DNA of 64,000 nucleotides from a virus: IMG/VR virus record IMGVR_UViG_3300034355_001150, positions 1 to 64,000 of that record; one strand, 5' to 3'. Shown piece by piece: positions 39,145 to 48,600 of this stretch (position 1 is its first letter; each line of letters starts with the position of its first letter). The notes under the pieces were generated by a model. It saw only the letters and a program-made list of their open reading frames with translations, ran no database searches and was not told where the DNA came from. The position numbers and the translations under genes were made by a program.

Positions 39145-39857
39145 CGTTTGAAATACAACAAGGAATAACTATCGGACAAGGTATCTACTTGGGAGATATG
39201 CCAGCATTCAGGACACCAAAAACTATTAGCGTTATTCAACAAGGAAGAATATCAGATGCTCAAGTAAAATTCGGCACCGGTTCATTGTCAAATAACGGCA
39301 ATCTTGGTGGTATCAGAGCTACACCTACTACTGATTTCGCTTTTGGAACAAATGACTTTACTATTGAGTATTGGTACTATCCTACCAGTTTCACAGATTC
39401 TTTAGGCGTAGATATGAGGCCGGCAGCTACACAAGGAGCATACCCACTCGTTGGCCCACGAGCAACTGGTTCAACTATCTACTATGTGTCGGCTACTACC
39501 AGAATCACTTCTTCCACGACAGCAACGCCACTGAATCAATGGTCGTCGGTATCGGTGGTTCGGTATCAAGGTAATACCAATTTGTATATCAACGGCGTTC
39601 AAGAAGGAGTAACATACGTTGATAATAACAACTACATCGCAGGTAACTGCACGATGGGATGTAATGGATACGATGGCAACGCTGGTACCTTTCCTCTCAA
39701 GGGTTATTTAGACGAGATACGCATTAGCAATGTAGCGAGATATACCGCTAACTACACTCCTGCTGCTCAGGCATTCGTAAATGATCCTTACACTTTGCTA
39801 TTATTGCATTGCGATGGTGCTAATGCCAGTCCGACATTTACGGATACTTGGTTTTAA
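39141..39857 (+). CDS. LamG/ConA-like domain virion protein, paralog 3
   Basis: Same motifs; ATGA overlap. Confidence 0.85.
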   Translation: MTFEIQQGITIGQGIYLGDMPAFRTPKTISVIQQGRISDAQVKFGTGSLSNNGNLGGIRATPTTDFAFGTNDFTIEYWYYPTSFTDSLGVDMRPAATQGAYPLVGPRATGSTIYYVSATTRITSSTTATPLNQWSSVSVVRYQGNTNLYINGVQEGVTYVDNNNYIAGNCTMGCNGYDGNAGTFPLKGYLDEIRISNVARYTANYTPAAQAFVNDPYTLLLLHCDGANASPTFTDTWF

Positions 39858-39878
39858 AAACAATTATGCGAATTAAAA

Positions 39879-39886
39879 GATAAATA
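39879..39886 (+). promoter_or_regulatory. Late promoter
   Basis: GATAAATA. Confidence 0.7.
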
Positions 39887-39907
39887 CTACTAACAAACGA
39901 GGATCAC

Positions 39908-40837
39908 ATGAAAATTAGCGATGTAATAAGAAATATCAGTGATATGGTAGACTCCACTCCAACCGAAAGGTCAAGTGGTGACAATACCAGCAAATTCACG
40001 GCATTTACTGGCGATTTAACTTTAGTTGAACTACCAGATGGTGAGGATGAAAAACGAAGAGAACCCGGCAAGATGCCTTCGGGCAATGATGAAATGCCGG
40101 AAGACCTTTATCTTCCACCGCTTCAATTAAAATCTGAACTATTGAAGAAAGCAGTAGATGTTGAAAACGTTTTTGATGACGGCACTCCGGCTGTACGCTA
40201 CAACGAAGAATATGGTGATGAGGGATGGCATGGCGATGATAACGATCATAGTTATATCGGTGCTCCTCAAACTGCTGAAGAAGTGGATGGACAACCTGAT
40301 CCTAATGAAACCACCGATGGTTCTGATTCTGGCAAGCGTTCTAAACCAAGAGCAGATTCCGATGATTCGGACGATGATGATTCGGACGACGATGAAGAAC
40401 GTGAACGCGCTGATGAATCTTTGAATCGCATCCTTGAACTTGCTTTAGTAAAGGAATCAAACTATCATGATTCTAAGTTCGTGGACAGGACTGAACGTCT
40501 TGAACGTCTAATGGCTCTTGATAAACGCACAGGTGAGTCAATTGATCGTATTCTTGAACTGGCTCTGGTAAAGGAATCAAACTATCACGATTCTATCGTT
40601 GAGTGGAGCGAGGATGACAACGAGGATCCGGATGTTGCCAAAGCAGACAGAGAGTTATCTCGCTTAGGCAAGACCTCTATCAAAGCAGCCAACATAGACA
40701 CTGACAAAGATAAACTTGACGACAAGGAGGAAGAGCAGTTAGACGAGGAAGTCAAGGAAATGAATCGTATGCGTGAACTGGCCGGGTTGAACCCAGCAGT
40801 ATTGTTCGCGCTCGGCGACGATGATTACCCGGTGTAA
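39908..40837 (+). CDS. Acidic late protein, probable internal head protein
   Basis: MKISD start, duplicated ESxxRILELALVKESNYHDS, C-terminal RMRELAGL. Confidence 0.7.
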   Translation: MKISDVIRNISDMVDSTPTERSSGDNTSKFTAFTGDLTLVELPDGEDEKRREPGKMPSGNDEMPEDLYLPPLQLKSELLKKAVDVENVFDDGTPAVRYNEEYGDEGWHGDDNDHSYIGAPQTAEEVDGQPDPNETTDGSDSGKRSKPRADSDDSDDDDSDDDEERERADESLNRILELALVKESNYHDSKFVDRTERLERLMALDKRTGESIDRILELALVKESNYHDSIVEWSEDDNEDPDVAKADRELSRLGKTSIKAANIDTDKDKLDDKEEEQLDEEVKEMNRMRELAGLNPAVLFALGDDDYPV

Positions 40838-40852
40838 TACCACCGCTTGACA

Positions 40853-40885
40853 AATATTAAAAGCCCCTTCGGGGCTTTTAATATT
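40853..40885. terminator. Bidirectional intrinsic terminator
   Basis: AATATTAAAAGCCCC-TTC-GGGGCTTTTAATATT between convergent genes. Confidence 0.85.
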
Positions 40886-40893
40886 TTACACCG

Positions 40894-42006
40894 CTAAATT
40901 TGTGGCGGCCAATTCTTTTTACGGTTACCAGCAATCTCCCCAGTTAACCATCTGGGATCATCTTTGGTTGTCCTAAACATATTACCTTGCAAATCCTTCA
41001 CAACCATAGTATCTTTGGCGTGTCCAACCATTTCTCCTGAAATCCATCTTGGATCATCTGCGTTGATGTGGTGAATGACGCCATGTTCATCTCTTGCTTT
41101 TATGGTACCATTGGTGGTACTAACTAACTCACCCGATAGCCGTCGTGGATCATCTATTGCTATATGGTGGACTTTGCCGTTCTGATCTTTAGCAGGCATC
41201 ATGCCTTTAGTGGTGCCGAATAGTTCTCCTGATAACCATTCAGGGTCATCTTTGCCGACGACACGAACCCTTCCGTTTTTATCTCTTGTCGCCACTTTTC
41301 CAGTCGAGATACTAACCAATTCACCCGACAAACGCCGAGGATCATCCATACTGATACGATAAATGTTTCCGTCTTTATCTTTAGCTGGCATCATACCTTT
41401 ATTGATTCCGACTAATTCACCCGACAAACGCCGAGGATCATCCATATTGATATGATAAATGTTTCCATCTTTATCTTTAGCTGGCATCATTCCTTTAAAA
41501 ATATGCATAATATTACCAGTCTGTATTCTCGGGTCATCTATTGATACTCGCATTAAGTTTCCGTCTTTATCTTTAGCTGGCATCATACCTTTATTGATTC
41601 CGACTAATTCACCCGACAAACGACGTGGATCATCAAGTGATACAAAATAGACAAACCCATCTTTATCACACACAGATACCTTTCCAGTAACATAACACTT
41701 GTAACAATCAGATTTATTTAACCACTTATCATCGGCAACCACTTTAAGTCGACGCAAAACTTTATGCTCCCACAGTACTGCGTCATCTGGCGTAGAGAAG
41801 CCTTGGCGTCTGATCTGAATGATATCAGGATCACCGTGTTGTTCTCGGAACTTGGCTACATACTTGCTCGACGTCTGGTATTTAACCCAGAATAAGCCGG
41901 GATCGGCATCTTTTCCATACTTGCTTCCATAATACCAAACATTTAGCCAGGACCAGCCGATCAGGTAGGTATAGTAAATAGGTGTTTTTAATTTTTTGGT
42001 TGCCAT
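40894..42006 (-). CDS. Seg-like GIY-YIG endonuclease with eight C-terminal 32-aa tandem repeats
   Basis: YTYLI...WYYGS, YQTSS, conserved-position Glu (WE) and WLN; AAGGAG SD. Confidence 0.85.
   Translation of the reverse strand: MATKKLKTPIYYTYLIGWSWLNVWYYGSKYGKDADPGLFWVKYQTSSKYVAKFREQHGDPDIIQIRRQGFSTPDDAVLWEHKVLRRLKVVADDKWLNKSDCYKCYVTGKVSVCDKDGFVYFVSLDDPRRLSGELVGINKGMMPAKDKDGNLMRVSIDDPRIQTGNIMHIFKGMMPAKDKDGNIYHINMDDPRRLSGELVGINKGMMPAKDKDGNIYRISMDDPRRLSGELVSISTGKVATRDKNGRVRVVGKDDPEWLSGELFGTTKGMMPAKDQNGKVHHIAIDDPRRLSGELVSTTNGTIKARDEHGVIHHINADDPRWISGEMVGHAKDTMVVKDLQGNMFRTTKDDPRWLTGEIAGNRKKNWPPQI
40915..41685 (-). repeat. 8 x 96-bp (32-aa) tandem repeat array
   Basis: Consensus GMMPAKDKDGNIYHIxxDDPRRLSGELVGINK; DNA copies 96 bp apart (e.g. 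41324, 41420, 41612). Confidence 0.92.
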
Positions 42007-42153
42007 TGATTATCTCCTTTGTTGGTTATGGCAACGCCGATAGAAGATAGTTCAACGCTAAGGTATAATAGATAAATAATCATTGCTGATGTCCTTCTGC
42101 GACGTTAGAACCGATGGATACTTGCAATATCGTGATCGGTATTTCTATTTATC
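42007..42153 (-). promoter_or_regulatory. Late promoter plus structured leader and uORF of the endonuclease
   Basis: GATAAATA at 42146-42153; ACCGAT/ATCGGT stem with inner GATA/TATC; GTC/GAC stem over AAGGAC; out-of-frame ATG at 42083. Confidence 0.6.
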
Positions 42154-42218
42154 TAATTCCTGCCAGTTTACAGTATTTGACGACAAAGCATAAATACAAT
42201 CAACAACGGAGCAAGATA

Positions 42219-42521
42219 ATGGCTGAAACGGAAGACTGGATTCAAAGACTTTACACATCACGAGATAACAACAATCCTGGTGCTAATTACATAGGCCAAG
42301 AGGGACGTTTATTCTATCGCCCCGACGACAACACCATACGAGTCAGCGATGGTGTTACTCCCGGTGGTATCATTGTTAGCGGTGGCGGTGGTGGCATTGG
42401 TAAAACACAAATTGACGGTGGTGCAGCAGATTCCGTTTATCTTGACGCCGATCAAGTAAACGGTGGTTCTGCCGCCAGCGTGTATACACCAAGTCAAGTT
42501 ATCAATGGTGGTTTTGCTTAA
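42219..42521 (+). CDS. Small virion protein with Mtd_N-related motif
   Basis: CATAAATA promoter (42189), GGAG SD; YIGQEGRLFY...IRVSDGVTPGG; IDGG/VNGG repeats. Confidence 0.75.
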   Translation: MAETEDWIQRLYTSRDNNNPGANYIGQEGRLFYRPDDNTIRVSDGVTPGGIIVSGGGGGIGKTQIDGGAADSVYLDADQVNGGSAASVYTPSQVINGGFA

Positions 42522-42543
42522 ACTCATCAATCATTTAACAGCA

Positions 42544-42573
42544 ATAACCTCGATTTATTCGGGGTTATTTTTT
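42544..42573 (+). terminator. Intrinsic terminator
   Basis: AATAACCTCGA...TCGGGGTTATT followed by a T-run. Confidence 0.75.
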
Positions 42574-42612
42574 GCCCGAATTATTATATCATGAATCAAT
42601 CTCACATAAAAA

Positions 42613-42620
42613 GATAAATA
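42613..42620 (+). promoter_or_regulatory. Late promoter
   Basis: GATAAATA. Confidence 0.7.
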
Positions 42621-42650
42621 CATCATACTTCTTTTTAATAGGTAACATCA

Positions 42651-45600
42651 ATGGCATCAGAAATTCAATTACGCAGAGACACGTCCAATAACTGGATAGC
42701 TATCAATCCACTGCTTGCTCAAGGCGAGATCGGTATCGATTTAACAACAAATCAGATAAAGATAGGCACAGGGGTAGATAACTGGGTGGACCTTCCCTAC
42801 TTCGGTGGCGGAAATGGCACTGGTGGCTATGGCAATTCAAATGTTGAAGCATTCTTAGCATCAGCGAGAGTGAGCAACATCATTCCGGACGGAAATGCGA
42901 TCTATTCATTAGGCAATGCTACGAATCAATGGAAGGATTTATGGATCAGTAGTAATACAATCTACATGAATACCATTCCTATCAGTTTAACCAACACAAA
43001 TGATTTAACCGTAAATGGCAATCCTGTTGTAACTGCCAATTCTGCTGCCAATGGTGCTACTAATGTCAATGCAATCTCTGTATCGGGTAATCTATCGGCT
43101 CAAGAAGCTACAATTGCTAATACAACTATCAGCAATGGCAATATTACTGCTAATTATTTTATTGGTGATGGTAGTCTATTAACTGGTTTACCCGCTGGTT
43201 ATGCCAACTCTGATGCTGCCAATTATTTTGCAAGTGGTAATGTTACCACCAATGTTATTACTAGCGGAAATATCGCTGCCGGTTACTTTATTGGCGATGG
43301 TAGCCAATTAACTGGTTTACCTGCTGGTTATGCCAATTCTAATGTCGCTGACTATTTTGCAAGTGGTAATGTTACCACCGATGTTATTACTAGCGGCAAT
43401 GTAACTGCAAATTATTTCTTGGGCAACATTGCTTTTGCTTCAGGGGGTTACAGCAATACCGATGTTGCTGCCTATTTGGCCAACAATACTGGCGGTGAAA
43501 TTGTTAGTAATGTTATTGTTAGTAACACTGTAACTACTACTGATATCATAGCAAATGGAGAAATTTCAACTACTGGCGTTGTCATCTCTAACGGCAATAT
43601 CACCATTGGTGAAACGCTAACAAGTAATTCTGTCGTGAGCAATATTTTCGTGGGTGGTGATTTTAGCGGAGATGGTGGCAATCTATCCAATATCCAATAT
43701 TCATCAATAGTTGGCGCTTACGGAGATAGCAACGTAGCTCTTTATCTTGAGAGCGGCAACCTATCAACGGAGATTGTTAGCACTAATAGTATTACGGCTG
43801 CTCAGTTTTTCGGAGACGGGTATAATCTATCTAATTTAAATCTTGCAAATGCAACAGGCGGTTATGGCAATAGTGATGTTGCTAATTATCTTCCAACGGA
43901 TTCCACTATCATTGCAATCAATAGCAATATAGCAAATACAGATGCTAATGTAGCCAATATTATTGTTGATATTGCTAACACCAATGCAAACGTAGCTAAC
44001 ACAGACTCCAATGTAGCCAATATTATTGTTGATATCGCTAATACTAACAGCAATGTAGCTAACATTGTTATTGATATTGCTAACACCAATGCAAACGTAG
44101 CTAACACAGACTCCAATGTAGCCAATATCATTGTTGATATCGCTAATACTAACAGCAATGTAGCCAATACCGATTCTAATGTAGCTAATATCGTTCTGAA
44201 CATCGCTAATACTAATGCGAACGTAGCGAATACCGATAGTAATGTAGCTAATATTATCCTAAGTATTGCAAATACCAATGCAAATGTAACTAATGTCAGT
44301 GCCAATGTAGCCAATACCGATTCTAATGTAGCCAATATTATTGTTGATATCGCTAATACTAACAGCAATGTAGCCAATACCGACAGCAATGTAGCCAACA
44401 ATGCTTCTAATATTCTTACACTACAAGGTCAAGTTTATTCAAACGTAAATGCTGCCGCGTATCTCGCCAATGCAAATACACAAGGAACAATCTACTCTGG
44501 TGATTTAACTATTGGCGCGGGTAATACTCTTGCCTTTGCCGAAGGTGGCTCAGTTGATTCTGTTACTGCCGCTGGATTTGAAGGCACTCTGACTATTAAC
44601 GGCAAAGCCAATAGAGGTATCTCTGTTACTGCCGGTGGTACTGTACCGGGTGCAAGTTATTCTCAGTTACAGTGGGTAGAAGATATCGCCAATTATGACC
44701 CTTATGGCGCACCTAATTCTATCACGAACTGGGTTTATGTCCAAAATGACGGTATCTATCTTCAGAATATTGATACGCTAAACTCACCCGGATATGATTA
44801 TCTATGGAAGTTTGCCGTTGATGGCAATCTAACATCACCTGGTAACATCATCAATGATGGTGATATCTATGCAAATGCTTATTACGGCGATGGTGGATTC
44901 TTATCTAACATCACTAGCAGTTATCAAGATGCTAATGTAGTTGCATTGTTACAAAGTGGCAATATCTCTACTCCGATTGTTACTACTAATGCTATTACAG
45001 GCAATACAGTGACAAGCACCAGCACAATTACGGCTGTTGATGCAAATATCGCCAACACAGTAATAGCTAATCTATTCATCGGTGACTTCCAAGGTAATAT
45101 CTCTGGTAATCTATCTGTTCCGGGTGCTAATACTCAGGTACTATTCAATGATAATGACGTGGCTGGTGCTGATGTTGGATTTACATATGATTCTGCTACC
45201 AAAACGGCCACAGTGGGCAACACCGTTGCTGCTGTTAATGTCGTTACAAGCGGACAAGTATTCTCTACGGGCAATATCACAAGTAATTCAACTGTTATCG
45301 CTAACACATTAAGTGTAGGTGCAAATAGTATCGCTATCGTTGATAATTTAATCAAGACAGCCTCCCAAACGATCACCATTGATCCAATCGGCGATGGTTC
45401 GGCGGCAGGTAATGTGGTGATTCAAGGCAACCTACAAGTTACTGGTAACTTAACATACGTTGATGTATCTACTGCTGTTACGAGTAACCTACTATGGCAA
45501 GCGGCCAATTCCGCTAATAGTCAAAGCGAAGCGTCGGGTGGTGGTTTAGCAGTTGGTCCCGGCAATACAGCTTATGCTACATGGACATACAACAGCGGAG

Positions 45601-48600
45601 GCAACAGTTGGGTTAGTAATTTACCTATCAAAGCGACGGGTGGCGCTAATATCGCTGGCCCACTAACTGGTGCAACTACTGGTTCATTCGCAAATACTGT
45701 TACCGCTGGTGCATTCTCCGGTAATGGTGCTGCATTAACAAGTATTACTGGTGCTGCTGTTACTGGCCAAGTATCCAACGCGATTATTGCCGGAACTGTT
45801 TATACTGCTGCTCAACCAAATATCACTTCTGTTGGCAACTTGACATCTCTGGTTGTATCAGGTACCGCTAATGCCGTGGACATCAATGCTTCTGGCAATA
45901 TCGCTGTTACTGGCAATCTATCAGTCAATCATGTCGTCGCTGCCGGAAATCTCTCTGTTTCTGGTACATTAACTGGCAATAATGCTAATTTTAGCAATAC
46001 AGTTACGGCTGCTTACTTCTCCGGTGATGGTAGCAATCTTGTTAATGTACCGATTGCTTCAAGATTAGCCAATGGCACAAGCAATGTTAGCATTCCGATT
46101 GCTAATGGAAATATCACAATGGCAGTCAATGGTACTCCTATTGTAAACCTATCATCCACATCTATAGCTATTGGTGCTGGTATCAATACTATCCAACAGG
46201 TATCTGGTGCCGTTGCGGTCGGTGATGGTGCTGGTGCAAGCAACCAACAAGCAAATGCAATTGCTATTGGCGTTGGTGCTGGTGCCGCGTCACAGGGCAA
46301 CAATGCTGTTGCTATTGGTGCTGGTTCAGGTGGTACTAATCAAGCGGAAAATTCAGTTGCAATTGGTTCTCGCGCTCATGCAAGTAATGCCGCTATCGTA
46401 TTAAATGCAAGTGGCACTATTCAAAATGGCCAGAATGCAGGATTCTATGTTAACCCGGTTCGCAATGATCAATCTAATATTGCACAAGCGGTAACATATA
46501 ACGTCACATCAAAAGAAATCACTTATTCTAATACCATCAATTTAGCAGGAAACATTTCTGGTGGCAACTTGAATTCAATTGGAATTGCGAATGTTGTTGG
46601 CAATATCAATAGTGGTAGCTGGCTAAACGCAAACGGCGCTAATATTCAAGGTAATGTTATCGTTTACGATACTGTTAATAGTGGTGGAGTAAGCACTGGT
46701 GTATTAGCAACATCAGGCAATGCTTCTATCGGCAACAATATCACTGTAGCAAGCAATGCCGTAGTAACGGGTAATATCTCGGGTAATAACTTATCTATCA
46801 GTAACAATGTTGCTATTGCAGGAAATGAAACTATCGGTGGGAATGCTACAGTAACGGGGAATATCTCAGGTAATAACCTATCTATCAGCAACAATGTTGC
46901 TATCACTGGCAATGAAACCATTACTGGCAATACAGTTGTAACCGGTAATATCTCAGGCAATAACCTATCAATCAGTAACAATGTTGCTATCACCGGAAAT
47001 ACCGTTGTAACAGGCAATATCTCGGGTAATAACCTATCTATCACTGGCAATGAAACCATTACTGGCAATACAGTTGTAACCGGAAATATCTCGGGTAATA
47101 ACCTATCTATCAGTAATAGTGTTGCTGTAACCGGTAATACCGTTGTAACCGGCAATATCTCAGGTAATAACTTATCTATCAGTAATAGTGTTGCTGTAAC
47201 CGGTAATACCGTTGTAACCGGTAATATCTCAGGTAATAACCTATCTATCAGTAACAATGTTGCTATCACTGGCAATGAAACCATTACTGGCAACACTGTA
47301 GTAACAGGGAATATAACCGGCAATAACTTCATTGGTAATTCAATGGCGATTACTGGTAATATTTCTGCCAATAACTTTATCGGCAATCTCGCCAATGGCA
47401 CCACTAATGTATCCATTATGGGCACTAACGGCAATATTACTATGACTGTTGCTGGCACACCATCGTTTACATTGAATAACAATAGTATTGCTATTGGTAA
47501 TTCTGCCGCACTCACATCCCAAGGTGTCAGTGCTATTGCAATTGGCACAAGTGCCGGTAGAACTTCACAAGGAAATTCAACAGTAGCGGTCGGCCAAAGC
47601 GCAGGTAATTCTTCACAAGGAATTGCGGCAGTAGCGGTTGGTTTTCAAGCAGGTTTCACGAGCCAAAGCACTAATGCGGTTGCCATTGGTAGCTATGCAG
47701 GAAATGTTACTCAAGGTGTAAATGCAATTGCCGTGGGTGTAGGCTCTGGTGCAAATACACAGGGTTCAAATTCAGTCGCAATTGGTGCATTTGCTGGAAA
47801 TATTTCACAAGGTACTTCGGCGGTTGCCATCGGCCTCAATGCTGGAACAAATGCTCAAGGAGCAGGCACAATTGCAATCGGTAACCAAGCTGGCAACTCT
47901 AGCCAAAGCACAAGTGCGATTGCGGTTGGTCAATTGGCTGGATCAAATGCACAAGGAATTGCGGCAGTAGCGGTTGGTTTTCAAGCAGGGTTCACTGGAC
48001 AAAGCACAAATGCAATTGCCATCGGTAGCTATGCTGGAAATTCAACCCAAGCGACAAGTGGTATTGCGATTGGCACAAATTCTGGTGCAAATACACAATC
48101 AGCTAATAGTATCGCTATTGGCACCAACGCGGCCAATAATACACAAGGCATTAATAGTGTTGCTCTTGGTGCTTCAGCCGCCAGCAATGTTCAGTTAGCT
48201 AACGCGGTTGCAATCGGCACTCAAGCTGGCAACAATATGCAGCAAACCAATAGTATAGCAATGGGTACTCAAGCAGCCAATATCAACCAAGGTACTAACA
48301 GTGTTGCTATCGGTACTGAAGCTGCTGGTTTATCAGCAAGATACACAGCGAATAATATTATGTTCGCTAATAGCACGATGTCGGTATTTGGCACTCAGAG
48401 CGGAAACATCACCACTACATTGCTTGTTGCCGGAAATGGTGTTGCTGCCAATACTCGGGTAAGTGCAGTTAATACCACCATCAACCCTAATTCAACGATT
48501 ACAGGAACAACATTAACAGTAAAAGGAACTGTTCAGATTGCTTATCTCGACAATGATTATGTTGTTACCGGCAATGGTGTTGCTGCCAATACTCGCGTCA

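Noticed and set aside
40915-41685. CRISPR array
   Set aside because: The repeats are in-frame 96-bp coding units without unique spacers; no repeat-spacer array was seen anywhere in the window.
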